A DNA stretch of 63,846 bases, counting the filler, from Aduncisulcus paluster (lineage: Eukaryota): the NCBI GenBank assembly GCA_024181965.1. It is 9 parts of 9 records of this genome, joined end to end, with 100 filler letters (N's around TTAATTAATTAA, not from the genome) between each part and the next. Parts side by side here need not be neighbours in the genome. Positions count along the whole stretch, not along the records: positions 1 to 3,018 come from BQXS01011393.1; positions 3,119 to 11,934 come from BQXS01011394.1; 7 more parts are not named here. The stretch is one strand, 5' to 3'. Shown piece after piece: positions 1 to 11,327 of the stretch; the stretch's first letter is position 1; each line of letters begins with the position of its first letter. The notes beneath the pieces were generated by a model. That model did no database searches and was not told where the DNA came from. It saw nothing but the letters and a program-made list of their open reading frames with translations. The position numbers were made by a program, and so were the translations under genes.

Positions 1-1
1 T

Positions 2-727
2 GATGATCATCAAAGAGTTCATCTTATATCTGATCCAGCTACAGCCACAGATAGAGTTATTTCAATTGCTTCAACAGTCACAGACTCTGCCACAGTCACA
101 AGGCACGATCAATCATCTGAGGATTATGATCATACTCACACTGATATTCATCACACTGATATTCATGATGCTGATATTCATGACACTGATATTCATCACA
201 CTGATATTCATGATGGTGGTCATAATGCCATATTGTCTCTTGCAAAAGACAATTTTACAATATCTCAAGTATCTTTAAATCCATTATCTCAGCTTTTGAC
301 ACAAGATAGCACAGGGATTTCTGCTACTTCTTATCGTTGTTGTTCTTCGTCTTCTTCGAGTGACAACGACTCACTCAAACTCGGGGATATTCCTCTCCCC
401 GAAGATTATCCTTTCCTCTCCTCTTCTTTCCCATCGTTATTGCATACCCCAATGAAATACAGGGATAAAATGCTCCAAGATGCCATTGAAGGCACACAAC
501 GACAGAGAGATAGAGAAAGACGTGAACAAGTGCGTCAAGAAAGGAGAAGAATATCCATCTCTAGTGACACTAGTGTCAATGGTCCATTGGGTGCCAATGG
601 TGCACTGGGTGGAAATGGTGGTAGCTTGGTACTTTCAAGCACATTCCAGCTTACAGGCCCTCCATCAACTTCTTCTGATTCTTCTTTCGCTTCAATGACC
701 TCAATGATGCCTCCTTTTCATCATCAA

Positions 728-768
<41 letters not shown>

Positions 769-1894
769 TTTTGGAATGTTTCCTGGTACATTTCAGAGCT
801 TTAGAGCGATACAGAGCCATCAACAGCGGCAAAGGGCAGAATATGAGCGTGAGGAACTTGCTAGAACTCAAAGACAAAAGACCCAAGTCGTCATTCCACC
901 TTCTTCAGGGTCTCACCGAGATATTTATCAATATATATCAGCCAAAACACAGGGGAAGACTGGCGTGTGGATGGGCAAAGATTTATCTGCATCCGCACGG
1001 CACCATCAACCAAATATATTTCGATCTCAGAAAAAATTATTAGTTAAATTTAAAAATCCTAATGCCACAAGAGTTATTGGTGCTCGTCATAAGCCAAAGT
1101 CTTCAACAACAAAAAAGAAGCCTCATAGAGTGACAACGACTCAATCAAACTCAGGGTCAACATCAAAGAGATCAGCATCCAAAAGATCTAGACCTTCATT
1201 TGGTTCTACTTCTAAATATCACACAACATCAGGTAATGGCTATAATGCTTGTAATAACAATAGTAACAATAATAGTAGCAATAATAGATTACTGTCCCGT
1301 CCAACGTTACCGTCTTCATCTTCTGATGTTACTGAACAAGGTGGTACAGTATACAGAAAGATCCTCCAGAGCAAGAGGAATAATTATCATGAGAGGAAAA
1401 GAGAAAAGGAGTTCTGGGGGAAAGATGAAGAAGAAGGAGAAGAAGAAGGAGAAGATGATGAAGGTGAAAGAAGAGGAGAAGAAACAACAACTACAGCTCT
1501 GGGAAGTACAGTAGTGGGTATCATCAAGAAAACATCATCTAAAACACCTAATGCAATCCATACACAATCTGACGGTACCTGTAGTATTGATAGTTCAACA
1601 CATACTAAACACGATAGCAATAGCAGTAATAATAGCAATAGCAATAGCAATAGCAATAGCAATGGCAATAACAATAGCAGTAGCAGTAGCAGTAATAATG
1701 AAACTGGAGATGATGATGGTAAATCATCTACTGAAGAAATATCTGAAGAAATGATATCATTCCCGAACTTAACTTCTTTCGCTTCTTTTCTTCCTTTCCA
1801 TTTATCTTCTAATCCCATTGATTTCCTCTCCCAGCAATCATCACAACCTACATCTCAACCTACATCACAGCCTTTACAGATACTCCCATCTTCC

Positions 1895-1927
<33 letters not shown>

Positions 1928-3018
1928 TCCTCTGAGAGTGAGAGAGTTGAGAGTGAGAGAGTTGAGAGTGAGAGAGTTGAGAGTGAGAGAGTTGAGAGTA
2001 GTGATGGTGGAGACAACGATAATTCTACTTCTCTTCCTCATCATTCTCGATTCAGACTTATTCCTATGATTGGACAGTCACAGTCTCCATTACTGTTAGA
2101 ATCAGATAGACAGAGTAGAAGGAGAAGGAGGAAAACAACAGACGGGAACGACAATGATGAAGCACTAAGAAGAGAAGGAGGAGAAGCAGGAGGAAGTGAT
2201 ATGGGAACAGCTGAAGATGAAGGTGAAGACGGGTTTTATATCCCTCAACAACACTCTCCCCCTTTGTTAACATCCACATCCAATGCAATGAAGATTATGG
2301 AACGGTTTTTATGTTCTTCTTCATCTCAAAGTTCTTTAGATTTCCCCATTGACATTGACATTGACAATAGTCATAATAATAATCTCCATGAGCTAAAAAT
2401 AGATATTGAGAAGAAAGAAGAAGAAGATAAAGAAGAAGAAGGAGAAGGAGATAAAGAAGAAGGATATATCGGAGCTTCTATTGTTCCAAAGAGGTTAGAC
2501 ATGAGAGAAGAGTTGATCGATATGGATGCGGAGGAAGAGAGAGATGTTCATGATGGATATCATAATACTTCTACTGAGCAACATGAAACAACTGAAGAAA
2601 AGAAGAAACAAGGAGTTTTTATTGGCAGTCATATTGGCAGAACTAAAACTAAAATGTTTACTGAAGTTGATGGAAATGATGAAGAGATAGAGAGTGATTC
2701 TAATAATGATGATGAGTCAGCCAAAGAAGGAAGACAACAATCCCCCGTTCTCTCTCAACTCACTCATTTCTCTCAGAATCCTTCTCAGTCCATTATTGTT
2801 GACATTGATGCACCTCTACCTGAAAATATGCTGCTTCGATCACCCTCATCTTCATTTTGGTGTTCAAAAAAAGGAATTGGGCAAATACAACATTCTTCTC
2901 GTTCGCTATCTTCATCTCCTTCTTTCCATTCTCCTTCTTCACCTTCTTCACCTTCTTCACCGTCTTCACCTTCTTCACCTTCTTCACCCTCTTCACCCTC
3001 TTCACCGTCTTCTGGTCA
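2..3018 (+). CDS. Large low-complexity, probably disordered protein (S/E/Q/N-rich), open at both ends
   Basis: The frame of the 233..3070 ORF stays open from base 2 to the linker at 3019. It has poly-Q, poly-N/S, poly-E, HTDIH, ESERV and SPS repeats and no recognisable domain. Confidence 0.75.
139..213 (+). repeat. 15-nt coding tandem repeat (HTDIH/HDADI-type)
   Basis: About 5 copies of (c/g)a(c/t)actgatattcat-like units. Confidence 0.8.
1934..1998 (+). repeat. 15-nt coding tandem repeat (ESERV)x4
   Basis: gagagtgagagagtt repeated 4 times. Confidence 0.9.
2931..3012 (+). repeat. 9-nt coding tandem repeat (SPS)n running almost to the contig end
   Basis: ccttcttca-type units; a plausible cause of the contig break. 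Confidence 0.85.
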
Positions 3019-3118
3019 NNNNNNNNNNNNNNNNNNNNNNNNNNNNNNNNNNNNNNNNNNNNTTAATTAATTAANNNNNNNNNNNNNNNNNNNNNNNNNN
3101 NNNNNNNNNNNNNNNNNN
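3019..3118. other. Artificial contig-joining linker; others at 11935-12034, 15362-15461, 18855-18954, 25455-25554, 36045-36144, 58602-58701, 61804-61903
   Basis: Identical N44-TTAATTAATTAA-N44 blocks with stops in all six frames. Confidence 0.98.
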
Positions 3119-3121
3119 GGA

Positions 3122-6100
3122 ATGTTAGTATCTCTCGTTGATACTTATCCTGCCACCCTCTGTGCGTTTGTTCTTGGAGTTGGTGTGATGAAGGTCGTAA
3201 ATTATCTTATGCATCTCCCATATTCGTCCACTCTAATTAATTACCTCCATGTGACATTCTCATTGGTCTCAGTTCTGTATGCGACATACTATCTTGCCAC
3301 TAGATCCACTGAATTTGATTCAATGGGAGTGCTATCTATGGCCAGTTCTCTTATTGTTGGTGCTATTACCTTCTTGGTTTCTGGTCTGCAGAAACGAAAG
3401 GTTCGAAAGGCCTTGAAACCGTGGATCACTGCTGCCCTGACTGATGATATCACATCTCTCGAGGACAATGAAGCCACCCGTATGTTCAGTCCCAGGCAGA
3501 GTAATGCCATGCACACTCATGCTGATGCTCAGGCAGCCGTTGCAGCCGTGTCTTCCAAACGTTCTCGTTCAAGAGGGAAGGGTTCAGAAAGAACTCGTTC
3601 GCCTCCTGCCTCTACTGGAAGTTACAAACTCTCCTCTCCTCCTCCTAACCCTCCAAGCTCTCTTCCCACCTTCCCAGTGGGCACCCCTGTCGTCCAACTT
3701 GATGAGATTGGTGAGAATGATGAAGAACTCTCCTTGGAGGGCGATGGAGCTAGTTTTGATGAAGGTTCCAGTGGAGGAGATTCTGGCTCTGATTCTGATG
3801 GAACCAGACCCCACGGACCCACTGGAGATGACATCACTGATACATCCACATTCCGTGACACTCGGACAGACACCCAGACAGGGACTCACATTAGTGGCGG
3901 CGATCTTACAACCCACACTCACATTGAGAGTTTCGATGAAGATTCCAATTCTGGACAGTCGGGCGAATCATTCCAAGAGAGTGATAGTTTTGATCACAAG
4001 AAGGGTAGCTCGGATTCTGAGTCTGCAAAGGTTGCCAGTCCAAAGTTTGGAAAGCTCGATAGCACCAAGGTTGATGGAAAGATGATCCGCAAAGATATGA
4101 AGAAAAAGCCATCTTCCCCTACCAAATCTCCCGTCTTCACATCTCCTCATGTGAAACCCTTTGGCACTACTTCCATGATGGCACCCAGCACTCAACCCAT
4201 CACTGGAATTCCCTCAACTAGCATTCCAACCATTGTTTCTATGCCCTCATCTGCTCCCATCCCGAGTCATCCTGCCCTTGGTGTGCTTCACAGCAGTCAT
4301 AGCAGTCACATGTCCGTTGAGGCCCACCAATCATTCTCTACCGACTTCATGAAGGATATGAACCCCGGAATCACCGGGGGAATGGGTGGAGGTCTCCTTG
4401 GCTCGAGTATGTCCGCCACCATTAATGGTATGACCAATGCTGACATGGAGAAGGATCTTGGAATGATCGGAAGTCCCAGAGACGATGGACAAGACTGCAA
4501 GGCTTTGGAAAGGTTGAAACACAACATTGGAGGCAGTTCCAATAAGAATTCGTCAGATTCTCATGGTCGCAGGAGTGATTCCAATGGAGGTCGCTCAAAC
4601 GACATCAAGAAGGTCGTCAGTGAACTGTGGGGTTCTCACAGAGTTGTCATCTTTACCTTACGTGTCCTCTTGGAGGTTCTTGCTGATCTAGAGAAGAAAT
4701 GCACCTGTGATGAAAACCAGAAGGATACTTGTGAGCATTCAATGAAGAAGAGACAGTTCATTCTGCTTGTTCAGACTGTCATGGAAGTTGCTGGTGAGAA
4801 CTTCCCTTCATCTCCATCCACCGTTGAGATTCGTGCCAGTGTACATCTTGCATTCAGACCCCAAGCCCTCATGTATATTCTTCGCAAGGCCGAACAACAA
4901 GGTATTCACCTCCCTTACAGTACCAGGGTGACCCTGTTCCGTATGCAGAATTCTCTTCGTACACGCCAACATGAGGCCGCTGCTGGTGCTCTGGCAGGCT
5001 CTCTCTTCGTGACTCAAGACCTCAGAAAAGCTAGGAGTCTGACCACACGTGGTTCAGGACAACTCGGTGCATTCTGGGATCTTGTTAAGCGGAAGTGTTT
5101 CCCCACGGAAGCTGATGCTGCTAATGCCCTCGCTTTGTTGAAATCCGCCGAGACTGATCCCAAGAATGCAAAGAATGCCAAGAATGCAAAGAATGCCAAG
5201 AATGCCAAGAATGCCAAGAAGGACTCTCGAAAGGAGGCTATGAACACGATGCCCTCGAAGAACTCCAAGGTGGGTTCCATTATGCATAATGATCTTGGCC
5301 GTGAGATTGATCAGAATACCCTGAACAATAATGTGAGTCGTCGTGAAGTTGAACGTCTTCTTCGATTGGCGAGAGATCTTACAGCGACCATGACCAAGGC
5401 ACAGGACATATTTAGACAACTCCTCCAAAGGGCTACCGTCGTAACTGTGAAGACTTACGCCCAGTACATCCGTTGTGTCCTTGGTGACAATATAACAAGC
5501 AAGGAGTACGAGACTATTGCTTCTGAAATGGAAGATTATAGCGACAAGACCAGATACGTAGATGTTTGTAACGGTAGTGATGAGCTCTGGCGTTCCATGC
5601 TTCATGGAGCTGATGAATTAGTCGATGATAAAGTCGTCGAAAGCTTGTCAAAAGAACCCACCAACAAACACTTTAGTCCTGGAGAAGGTCTCCGTTACCT
5701 TAAGAAGAAGTTTGATACCAGCAATATCTTGATTATCCTTCGGGTTGCTGTTATTATTATCCTTATTCTTGTTGGCATTGGATTGGCCGTTCAGATGATT
5801 GTCGTGAATAATCAGAAGTTGCTTATTTCTCTTGCCGATTCTGGATACCAGGCCATAACAACCGGTTTTGATCTCTCCTTATTCATGGGATCTCTTCCGG
5901 TCACTGCCAATCCTGACTTTGCTGAGAACATTGCTGCCGTATTCCTTGATCTGAGTGTGTTGCAGATCCTGGACCTCGACCCAAGCACGACTTCCCTTGA
6001 CCAAGAGGTTGAGAAGATTGCCAGAACTGTTGCTGACCTCCCTGTTGCTGCCTGGGCTGGAGAACACCTTACTGCCTCCACCGATGAAGTTGGTCTCCGT

Positions 6101-8287
6101 CTTGGTACCATGGGTTATCCCAAAGAAGCTTCACAGTTCTACAAGTCTAATGCTCTTCAACCCCGTTTCTTCCGTGACTCGACTGTGGATGATCTCCCTC
6201 CTGCCTCATATCGTATTGGAGATCNNNNNNNNNNNNNNNNNNNNGCCGTATTCCTTGATCTGAGTGTGTTGCAGATCCTGGACCTCGACCCAAGCACGAC
6301 TTCCCTTGACCAAGAGGTTGAGAAGATTGCCAGAACTGTTGCTGACCTCCCTGTTGCTGCCTGGGCTGGAGAACACCTTACTGACTCCACCGATGAAGTT
6401 GGTCTCCGTCTTGGTACCATGGGTTATCCCAAAGAAGCTTCACAGTTCTACAAGTCTAATGCTCTTCAACTCCGTTTCTTCCGTGACTCGACTGTGGATG
6501 ATCTCCCTCCTGCCTCATATCGTATTGGAGATCCTCTCTCGGAGTCTCTAGCTCCTTTGAGTGTCCAGAGTATGTCTCTTCGTATGGCCGTCGAGACATG
6601 TGTCCATGCTGCCAATTCCATCCTTGAGGACTACGATTCCGATATCGTCTTCCCCTCTTCCTCTTCCGGCACTGTCTCTATCCCGTCGACGACTGCTACT
6701 GTCTCTCTAACTCAGGAACTTGTTACCCAGGGTTCTTGGAGACTCTTTGTTGAGAATTTTGAGCCGTATGTCCTCCCTGCTGTGAACTCCCTTCGTGAGG
6801 TGATTGTTGACCAGATCCATCACCGTTGGTTCTTCTACTTTGCCATGACCATTGGGACCATTCTTGTCATGCTTTTCCTCACATTCATTGTGTTTGTCAC
6901 GATGATTGTGATTCCCGTCGCCAAGACGAGTGAAAGTCAGAAGATGTACACGAAGCTTTTCTTCTCTCTCAAGGTCCAGAATGTTATAGATATTATCAAG
7001 GGACTCTCAGTTGATGATGACAAGACAAAGGAACCTTCCGGTTTGCCTTCCATTGATGATGGAAAGGATAAGCGTGGAGACAGTGAAGATGAGGATGCTG
7101 ACGAAGAGATCAATGAAATTTCCGAGTCTGAAAAGGATGATTCAGGGAGTGAAAAGGGCAAGACCGATGAAATCCGTGAGTTGATTGGAGAGTCTAACCA
7201 GCTTGGTATCTCCTCTAAGAATGGAGCCATGTCTGTTCCCCCTATTGTTCCCCAATACCCCCTTGACGACTTCCCCACAGCGCCCATGGCCTCCACTACC
7301 CTTGCCTCTCTCAGTGGAGCCAAGAACAAACATAAAGGAGCTGCCACGATTGCTACTGATGATTCTGCGTTCGATGATGATATGGCTCACACATCTTTCA
7401 AGGCTCTCCTCATTAACAAGATCTTTGGGGATTTGCTCATTGTTACATTGCTCATCCTTGCCCTCTTTGTGGTTTGGCTGAGTGCTTTCATTGGAACTCA
7501 GTCAGGTCTTCCCCGTCTTGAGAAGGCAAGATCCCTTTCCCATGACCTCGCCATTGAAGCCAAGAAGGCCCACATGTATGTTCAAGATCTTGTACTCGCT
7601 GAGGTTGGAGCTCTTAGTGCGGCTCATGCCTCTTTGAAGAGGACTGAACTCGTCACTACGATCAAGACTGTTCGTGAAAACTATATGAAACTTCTTGGTG
7701 CTTTGATCGAAGGTACCGATGGAACTAGTGTTGAAGGCGTTGCTGAGGATGTTGGTGTGACTGTTCGTTACCCTTCAACTCAGACAACTCTTGAAGTAGC
7801 CGCCTGCCCCAGAACCATTAGTGAGGCTTGTACGGCTGGAACCGAGAGCACCTATTTGAATGAACTCCTTGTTAAGTATGGACATTGGATCGCCAATATT
7901 ATTTCCGCTGAGGAGAAGAGCAGTGGTCAGCTTGCTAGCAATGATGATTACATCAATGTGAATGACACTGCCTACCTCGATGTCGTTGGTGGTATCGACA
8001 AGATCCGTATGAACCTTGACACGATCGAGGAGAGTACCTTTGGACGTGCTAACACTGTCTTTTACTGCATGATGGGTGGATTCATTATTCTCTCTGGTTA
8101 CATGCTCATTGTTGGGTCTCAGAAACAAGTTAAGGCCTTGGATGAGGAGCGTGGAATGTTTTTGACCGTTTGGATGATGGTCCCACAAAAGGATATTCCC
8201 ATTCAATTCCCTGGAGGAGAAGAACTCTATGTTTGTCTCGCCTATTTCCATGAACTTCAAGAATATGCTAGAAAGGATGAAGAGTAA
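3122..8287 (+). CDS. TmcB/TmcC (tiny macrocysts)-like multi-pass membrane protein, probably 5'-partial; about 1618 aa after removing the gap duplication
   Basis: N-terminal TM cluster; TmcB-type helical motif AQDIFRQLLQ..VKTYAQYIRCVLGD; two TM-extracellular-TM modules ending in KLFFSL/FLTVWMMVP. Segment 5936-6224 is repeated at 6245-6533 across a 20-N gap. Confidence 0.6.
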   Translation: MLVSLVDTYPATLCAFVLGVGVMKVVNYLMHLPYSSTLINYLHVTFSLVSVLYATYYLATRSTEFDSMGVLSMASSLIVGAITFLVSGLQKRKVRKALKPWITAALTDDITSLEDNEATRMFSPRQSNAMHTHADAQAAVAAVSSKRSRSRGKGSERTRSPPASTGSYKLSSPPPNPPSSLPTFPVGTPVVQLDEIGENDEELSLEGDGASFDEGSSGGDSGSDSDGTRPHGPTGDDITDTSTFRDTRTDTQTGTHISGGDLTTHTHIESFDEDSNSGQSGESFQESDSFDHKKGSSDSESAKVASPKFGKLDSTKVDGKMIRKDMKKKPSSPTKSPVFTSPHVKPFGTTSMMAPSTQPITGIPSTSIPTIVSMPSSAPIPSHPALGVLHSSHSSHMSVEAHQSFSTDFMKDMNPGITGGMGGGLLGSSMSATINGMTNADMEKDLGMIGSPRDDGQDCKALERLKHNIGGSSNKNSSDSHGRRSDSNGGRSNDIKKVVSELWGSHRVVIFTLRVLLEVLADLEKKCTCDENQKDTCEHSMKKRQFILLVQTVMEVAGENFPSSPSTVEIRASVHLAFRPQALMYILRKAEQQGIHLPYSTRVTLFRMQNSLRTRQHEAAAGALAGSLFVTQDLRKARSLTTRGSGQLGAFWDLVKRKCFPTEADAANALALLKSAETDPKNAKNAKNAKNAKNAKNAKKDSRKEAMNTMPSKNSKVGSIMHNDLGREIDQNTLNNNVSRREVERLLRLARDLTATMTKAQDIFRQLLQRATVVTVKTYAQYIRCVLGDNITSKEYETIASEMEDYSDKTRYVDVCNGSDELWRSMLHGADELVDDKVVESLSKEPTNKHFSPGEGLRYLKKKFDTSNILIILRVAVIIILILVGIGLAVQMIVVNNQKLLISLADSGYQAITTGFDLSLFMGSLPVTANPDFAENIAAVFLDLSVLQILDLDPSTTSLDQEVEKIARTVADLPVAAWAGEHLTASTDEVGLRLGTMGYPKEASQFYKSNALQPRFFRDSTVDDLPPASYRIGDXXXXXXXAVFLDLSVLQILDLDPSTTSLDQEVEKIARTVADLPVAAWAGEHLTDSTDEVGLRLGTMGYPKEASQFYKSNALQLRFFRDSTVDDLPPASYRIGDPLSESLAPLSVQSMSLRMAVETCVHAANSILEDYDSDIVFPSSSSGTVSIPSTTATVSLTQELVTQGSWRLFVENFEPYVLPAVNSLREVIVDQIHHRWFFYFAMTIGTILVMLFLTFIVFVTMIVIPVAKTSESQKMYTKLFFSLKVQNVIDIIKGLSVDDDKTKEPSGLPSIDDGKDKRGDSEDEDADEEINEISESEKDDSGSEKGKTDEIRELIGESNQLGISSKNGAMSVPPIVPQYPLDDFPTAPMASTTLASLSGAKNKHKGAATIATDDSAFDDDMAHTSFKALLINKIFGDLLIVTLLILALFVVWLSAFIGTQSGLPRLEKARSLSHDLAIEAKKAHMYVQDLVLAEVGALSAAHASLKRTELVTTIKTVRENYMKLLGALIEGTDGTSVEGVAEDVGVTVRYPSTQTTLEVAACPRTISEACTAGTESTYLNELLVKYGHWIANIISAEEKSSGQLASNDDYINVNDTAYLDVVGGIDKIRMNLDTIEESTFGRANTVFYCMMGGFIILSGYMLIVGSQKQVKALDEERGMFLTVWMMVPQKDIPIQFPGGEELYVCLAYFHELQEYARKDEE

Positions 8288-8827
8288 GAGCAGTGATAAT
8301 AGTTCCATACTTTCTCAAACTCGACTATATCAACATTTATGTTGATCCACTGGATCAACATATGGCATATGAAGAATTTTGAAAAATGCAAATCCATTAC
8401 GGTTATTAGTCTTTGAAGCATTTGTCTTTAAAATTTTGTGCAATATTATATTTAGAATCAGTAAAATTTCAAGTATCATTCCAATTTTGACCAAAATTGA
8501 CGATTTTCGTATCTAGTGATTCAATTGTATAACAATATTGTAATGTGCAAATTTGTAATATAATTCATCTGTTCTTTTAATAATTTATTATTATAATGGA
8601 ATATTTTTATTATCTATGACGATACATATGGAATTTCTTTTCTCGGTCATATGAGATATATTCACTAAAAAAATTGTTGTAATTTTTTATAACAATCTCA
8701 ATTATGATTGTGAAATCCTATATTTTCATTTTCTAATTTCTACTGTGCGGATTAGCCTCAACTCGCAATGTTTCCGTTCGAATATCCAAGTTTCGTTTTG
8801 TCATATCATTAATTCTTAGATTTTCGA

Positions 8828-10126
8828 ATGAGTGAGCATAGTTTTGATGTCGAAAAATTGAGTCAAGATGAGCGGGATGATGTTCCCCTTCTTCCCCCAT
8901 CTACCACAAAGGAAGTACCAGTTGGAACGACCACACCAGCTGCTATTTTTAATTTAACGAATACTGTTATTGGAGCCGGTGTTCTTACACTTCCATATGC
9001 TATGAAAGTTGCTGGTTTGGGTATTGGATTACTTTTGCTCGTTATCATTGCCTTAGCCTCTTTTGCTGCCTTTCATTTCCTCGTTGCTGCTGGAAATGAG
9101 GTTGGAGAGTCCTCATACAAAATGATTGCCAAAAAATTATGGGGTAAAGGATGGGATTATGTTTGTGAGATTTTTGTCGCTCTGTATACACTTGGAACCT
9201 GTTGTTCCTACACCATTATTCTCTCAGATTATGCTAATTTGGTCATTGGTGCTTTTGATGAGCATGCTGCGGAACAATGGTATGGATCCAGACAGTTCTG
9301 TCTCGCTATTATTGCCATTCTTATCCTTTTTCCATTATCCATGCTTCAACGTATTGATTTCCTCAAATATACCTCATTTGCCTCCCTTGTTTGTGTTATT
9401 TTCGTGATTGTTGTCGTGCTTGTGTACTGGTTAATGGCTATGGCTGGGTCTGTTGAGTCATCGATTAGCACAGAACCTGTTGTGTGGGCCAAAGGAGGAA
9501 TTGATGTTTTCCTTGCTGCCCCCTTGCTTGGAGTTTCATATACTGCCCATTACAATGTTCTGAATATCTATAATGAGATGTCTAATAGGTCCCACAAGAA
9601 GTTCAGTCCTGTGATCAGTTCCTCTGTTATTATTGTGAGTATTACATATTTATTGATGAGTATTCCTGGTTATTTGACATGGAGAGATGATACCCCTTCC
9701 AACATCCTCGATATTTATCCCAATTCCTTTATTCCGGCAACCTTGGCAAGACTGGCACTTGCTATCACAATTTCATTCTCTTATCCTCTCGTTCAATTCG
9801 CTTTAAAGCTTGTCATTCTCAGAATTGTCGGTTTCAACAATGCTTCTTCTGCCAAAAGGCCATATCACATTATGATTTCCATTTTTGTGTTGATTATTGC
9901 TGTCACTTTGGCCATGTTTGTTGATGATATCTCAATTGTTACTTCTTTCTCAGGATCTTTATTTGGAACAAACATTGTTTTCACCATTCCTGCTCTCTTC
10001 TTCTTCACGATCAGAAAGGACACTAAGAGCCGTGTAATTGCCGTAATTGTTGCCGTCGTTGGTGTGTTCTTCTGTGTTGTTGGTTTCTGGAATGCCATCA
10101 GAAAAGCAATGGGTCTTTCTGATTAG
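8828..10126 (+). CDS. Amino acid transporter, AAAP/SLC38 (Aa_trans) family
   Basis: AIFNLTNTVIGAGVLTLPYAMKVAG, SYTAHYNVLNIYNEM and ISFSYPL motifs; about 11 TM helices; acidic dileucine-like N-terminus (ERDDVPLL). Confidence 0.92.
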   Translation: MSEHSFDVEKLSQDERDDVPLLPPSTTKEVPVGTTTPAAIFNLTNTVIGAGVLTLPYAMKVAGLGIGLLLLVIIALASFAAFHFLVAAGNEVGESSYKMIAKKLWGKGWDYVCEIFVALYTLGTCCSYTIILSDYANLVIGAFDEHAAEQWYGSRQFCLAIIAILILFPLSMLQRIDFLKYTSFASLVCVIFVIVVVLVYWLMAMAGSVESSISTEPVVWAKGGIDVFLAAPLLGVSYTAHYNVLNIYNEMSNRSHKKFSPVISSSVIIVSITYLLMSIPGYLTWRDDTPSNILDIYPNSFIPATLARLALAITISFSYPLVQFALKLVILRIVGFNNASSAKRPYHIMISIFVLIIAVTLAMFVDDISIVTSFSGSLFGTNIVFTIPALFFFTIRKDTKSRVIAVIVAVVGVFFCVVGFWNAIRKAMGLSD

Positions 10127-10569
10127 ATTCTCTTGCGGCTTAGAAATACAATGACGAGGTGGAAAGGTATCTTGATGGCAGAGGATATCTTTGGAGTTTT
10201 TTTGTTTTCTTGCGAAAATGATTTGATATTTTTTTAATTTATTGTTTGTTTTTCCCAGTTAATATTGATATTCTATCATTATCTATAAGAATTCTTCTGG
10301 AAACATACAAATTCGATTTTAATTGTTTTGAATTGTTCAAAATGACGATTAATATTCGTCTTATTTTGAATTTGGATCCTATTTTTCTGGATAATAAGGG
10401 AACGTTTCCGTAAGCAACCCGAATAAAATAGGTTTCAAACCTTGGACATCATTCTATTAAATATTTTATTTGTGAATTGGGCCCTTATTTATCCATGTCT
10501 TAACTATCCATGGTATGATACTTATACTAAACAAAGACAAAGGTTGGATTCCTTCTTTTCGAATGTAAT

Positions 10570-11127
10570 ATGAATAATATAAACTTATTTCTATGTTATT
10601 CCAAGAGTAATATATTAATGGTCATATTTTTGTTTTTTATAACCATGGTTTATTGTCAAGATCATGCTGTACTCAAGATTTTTCAAAATAGGGCGTATTT
10701 GAAAGATTCATTTAATCAAGCTGTTGATCTTGGTGTTAAATCAAATAGAAATTTGACAAGAATACTTGATAAGGGAGTAACTTGCTCAAATGAGATAGAT
10801 ATCATCGATGTTTCGTCTTCGAACCAATCCAGTGCAAATTGGCAATGTTCCTCTGATAATCCTTCAAATATTTATGAATTGCGAGATACCATTATCACAA
10901 TTTCCAATGATAAAGTGATTATTGTTGGATGGGTGCACATTAAAGAGAGTTTTATTTTTTCAATTTTAATCGGCGTATTCTGTATTCTTTCTGTAATTGG
11001 CCTAGCAATTTATTTCGATCAAAAGAGTAAGAAAACTAAAATACTCGAAAAGATCATAAAGAATCAAAAAAAACGATCTAAAGAACTCCAAGAATCGACT
11101 CCATCTGTTGACGATGAAATAATCTAA
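10570..11127 (+). CDS. Small type I membrane protein of unknown function (start possibly ATG 10618)
   Basis: Signal-like segment ending VYC-QD, two Cys, a TM helix FIFSILIGVFCILSVIGLAIYF and a basic cytoplasmic tail. Confidence 0.65.
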   Translation: MNNINLFLCYSKSNILMVIFLFFITMVYCQDHAVLKIFQNRAYLKDSFNQAVDLGVKSNRNLTRILDKGVTCSNEIDIIDVSSSNQSSANWQCSSDNPSNIYELRDTIITISNDKVIIVGWVHIKESFIFSILIGVFCILSVIGLAIYFDQKSKKTKILEKIIKNQKKRSKELQESTPSVDDEII

Positions 11128-11327
11128 TTCGCATCATATAATGAGTGATTTGTAAGGAGATTTTTAAAAATTAGTTAAAAAATGAAATATTTTATTTAAA
11201 ATAATCTAAACTTTTCACAACAAATTTCAAAATGGAAAGTTCGATAACACGATAATAGCAATGCAGAAATTTGGTCAAATAATATCATAAATTGGGTAAA
11301 ATAAATATTCAAAATCAAAAAATCAAA

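Noticed and set aside
3019-3118. TTAATTAATTAA flanked by Ns as a biological repeat or piggyBac TTAA site
   Set aside because: Eight identical 100-nt blocks form a synthetic contig joiner. Adjacency across them, and ORF tails ending XXXLIN, are meaningless.
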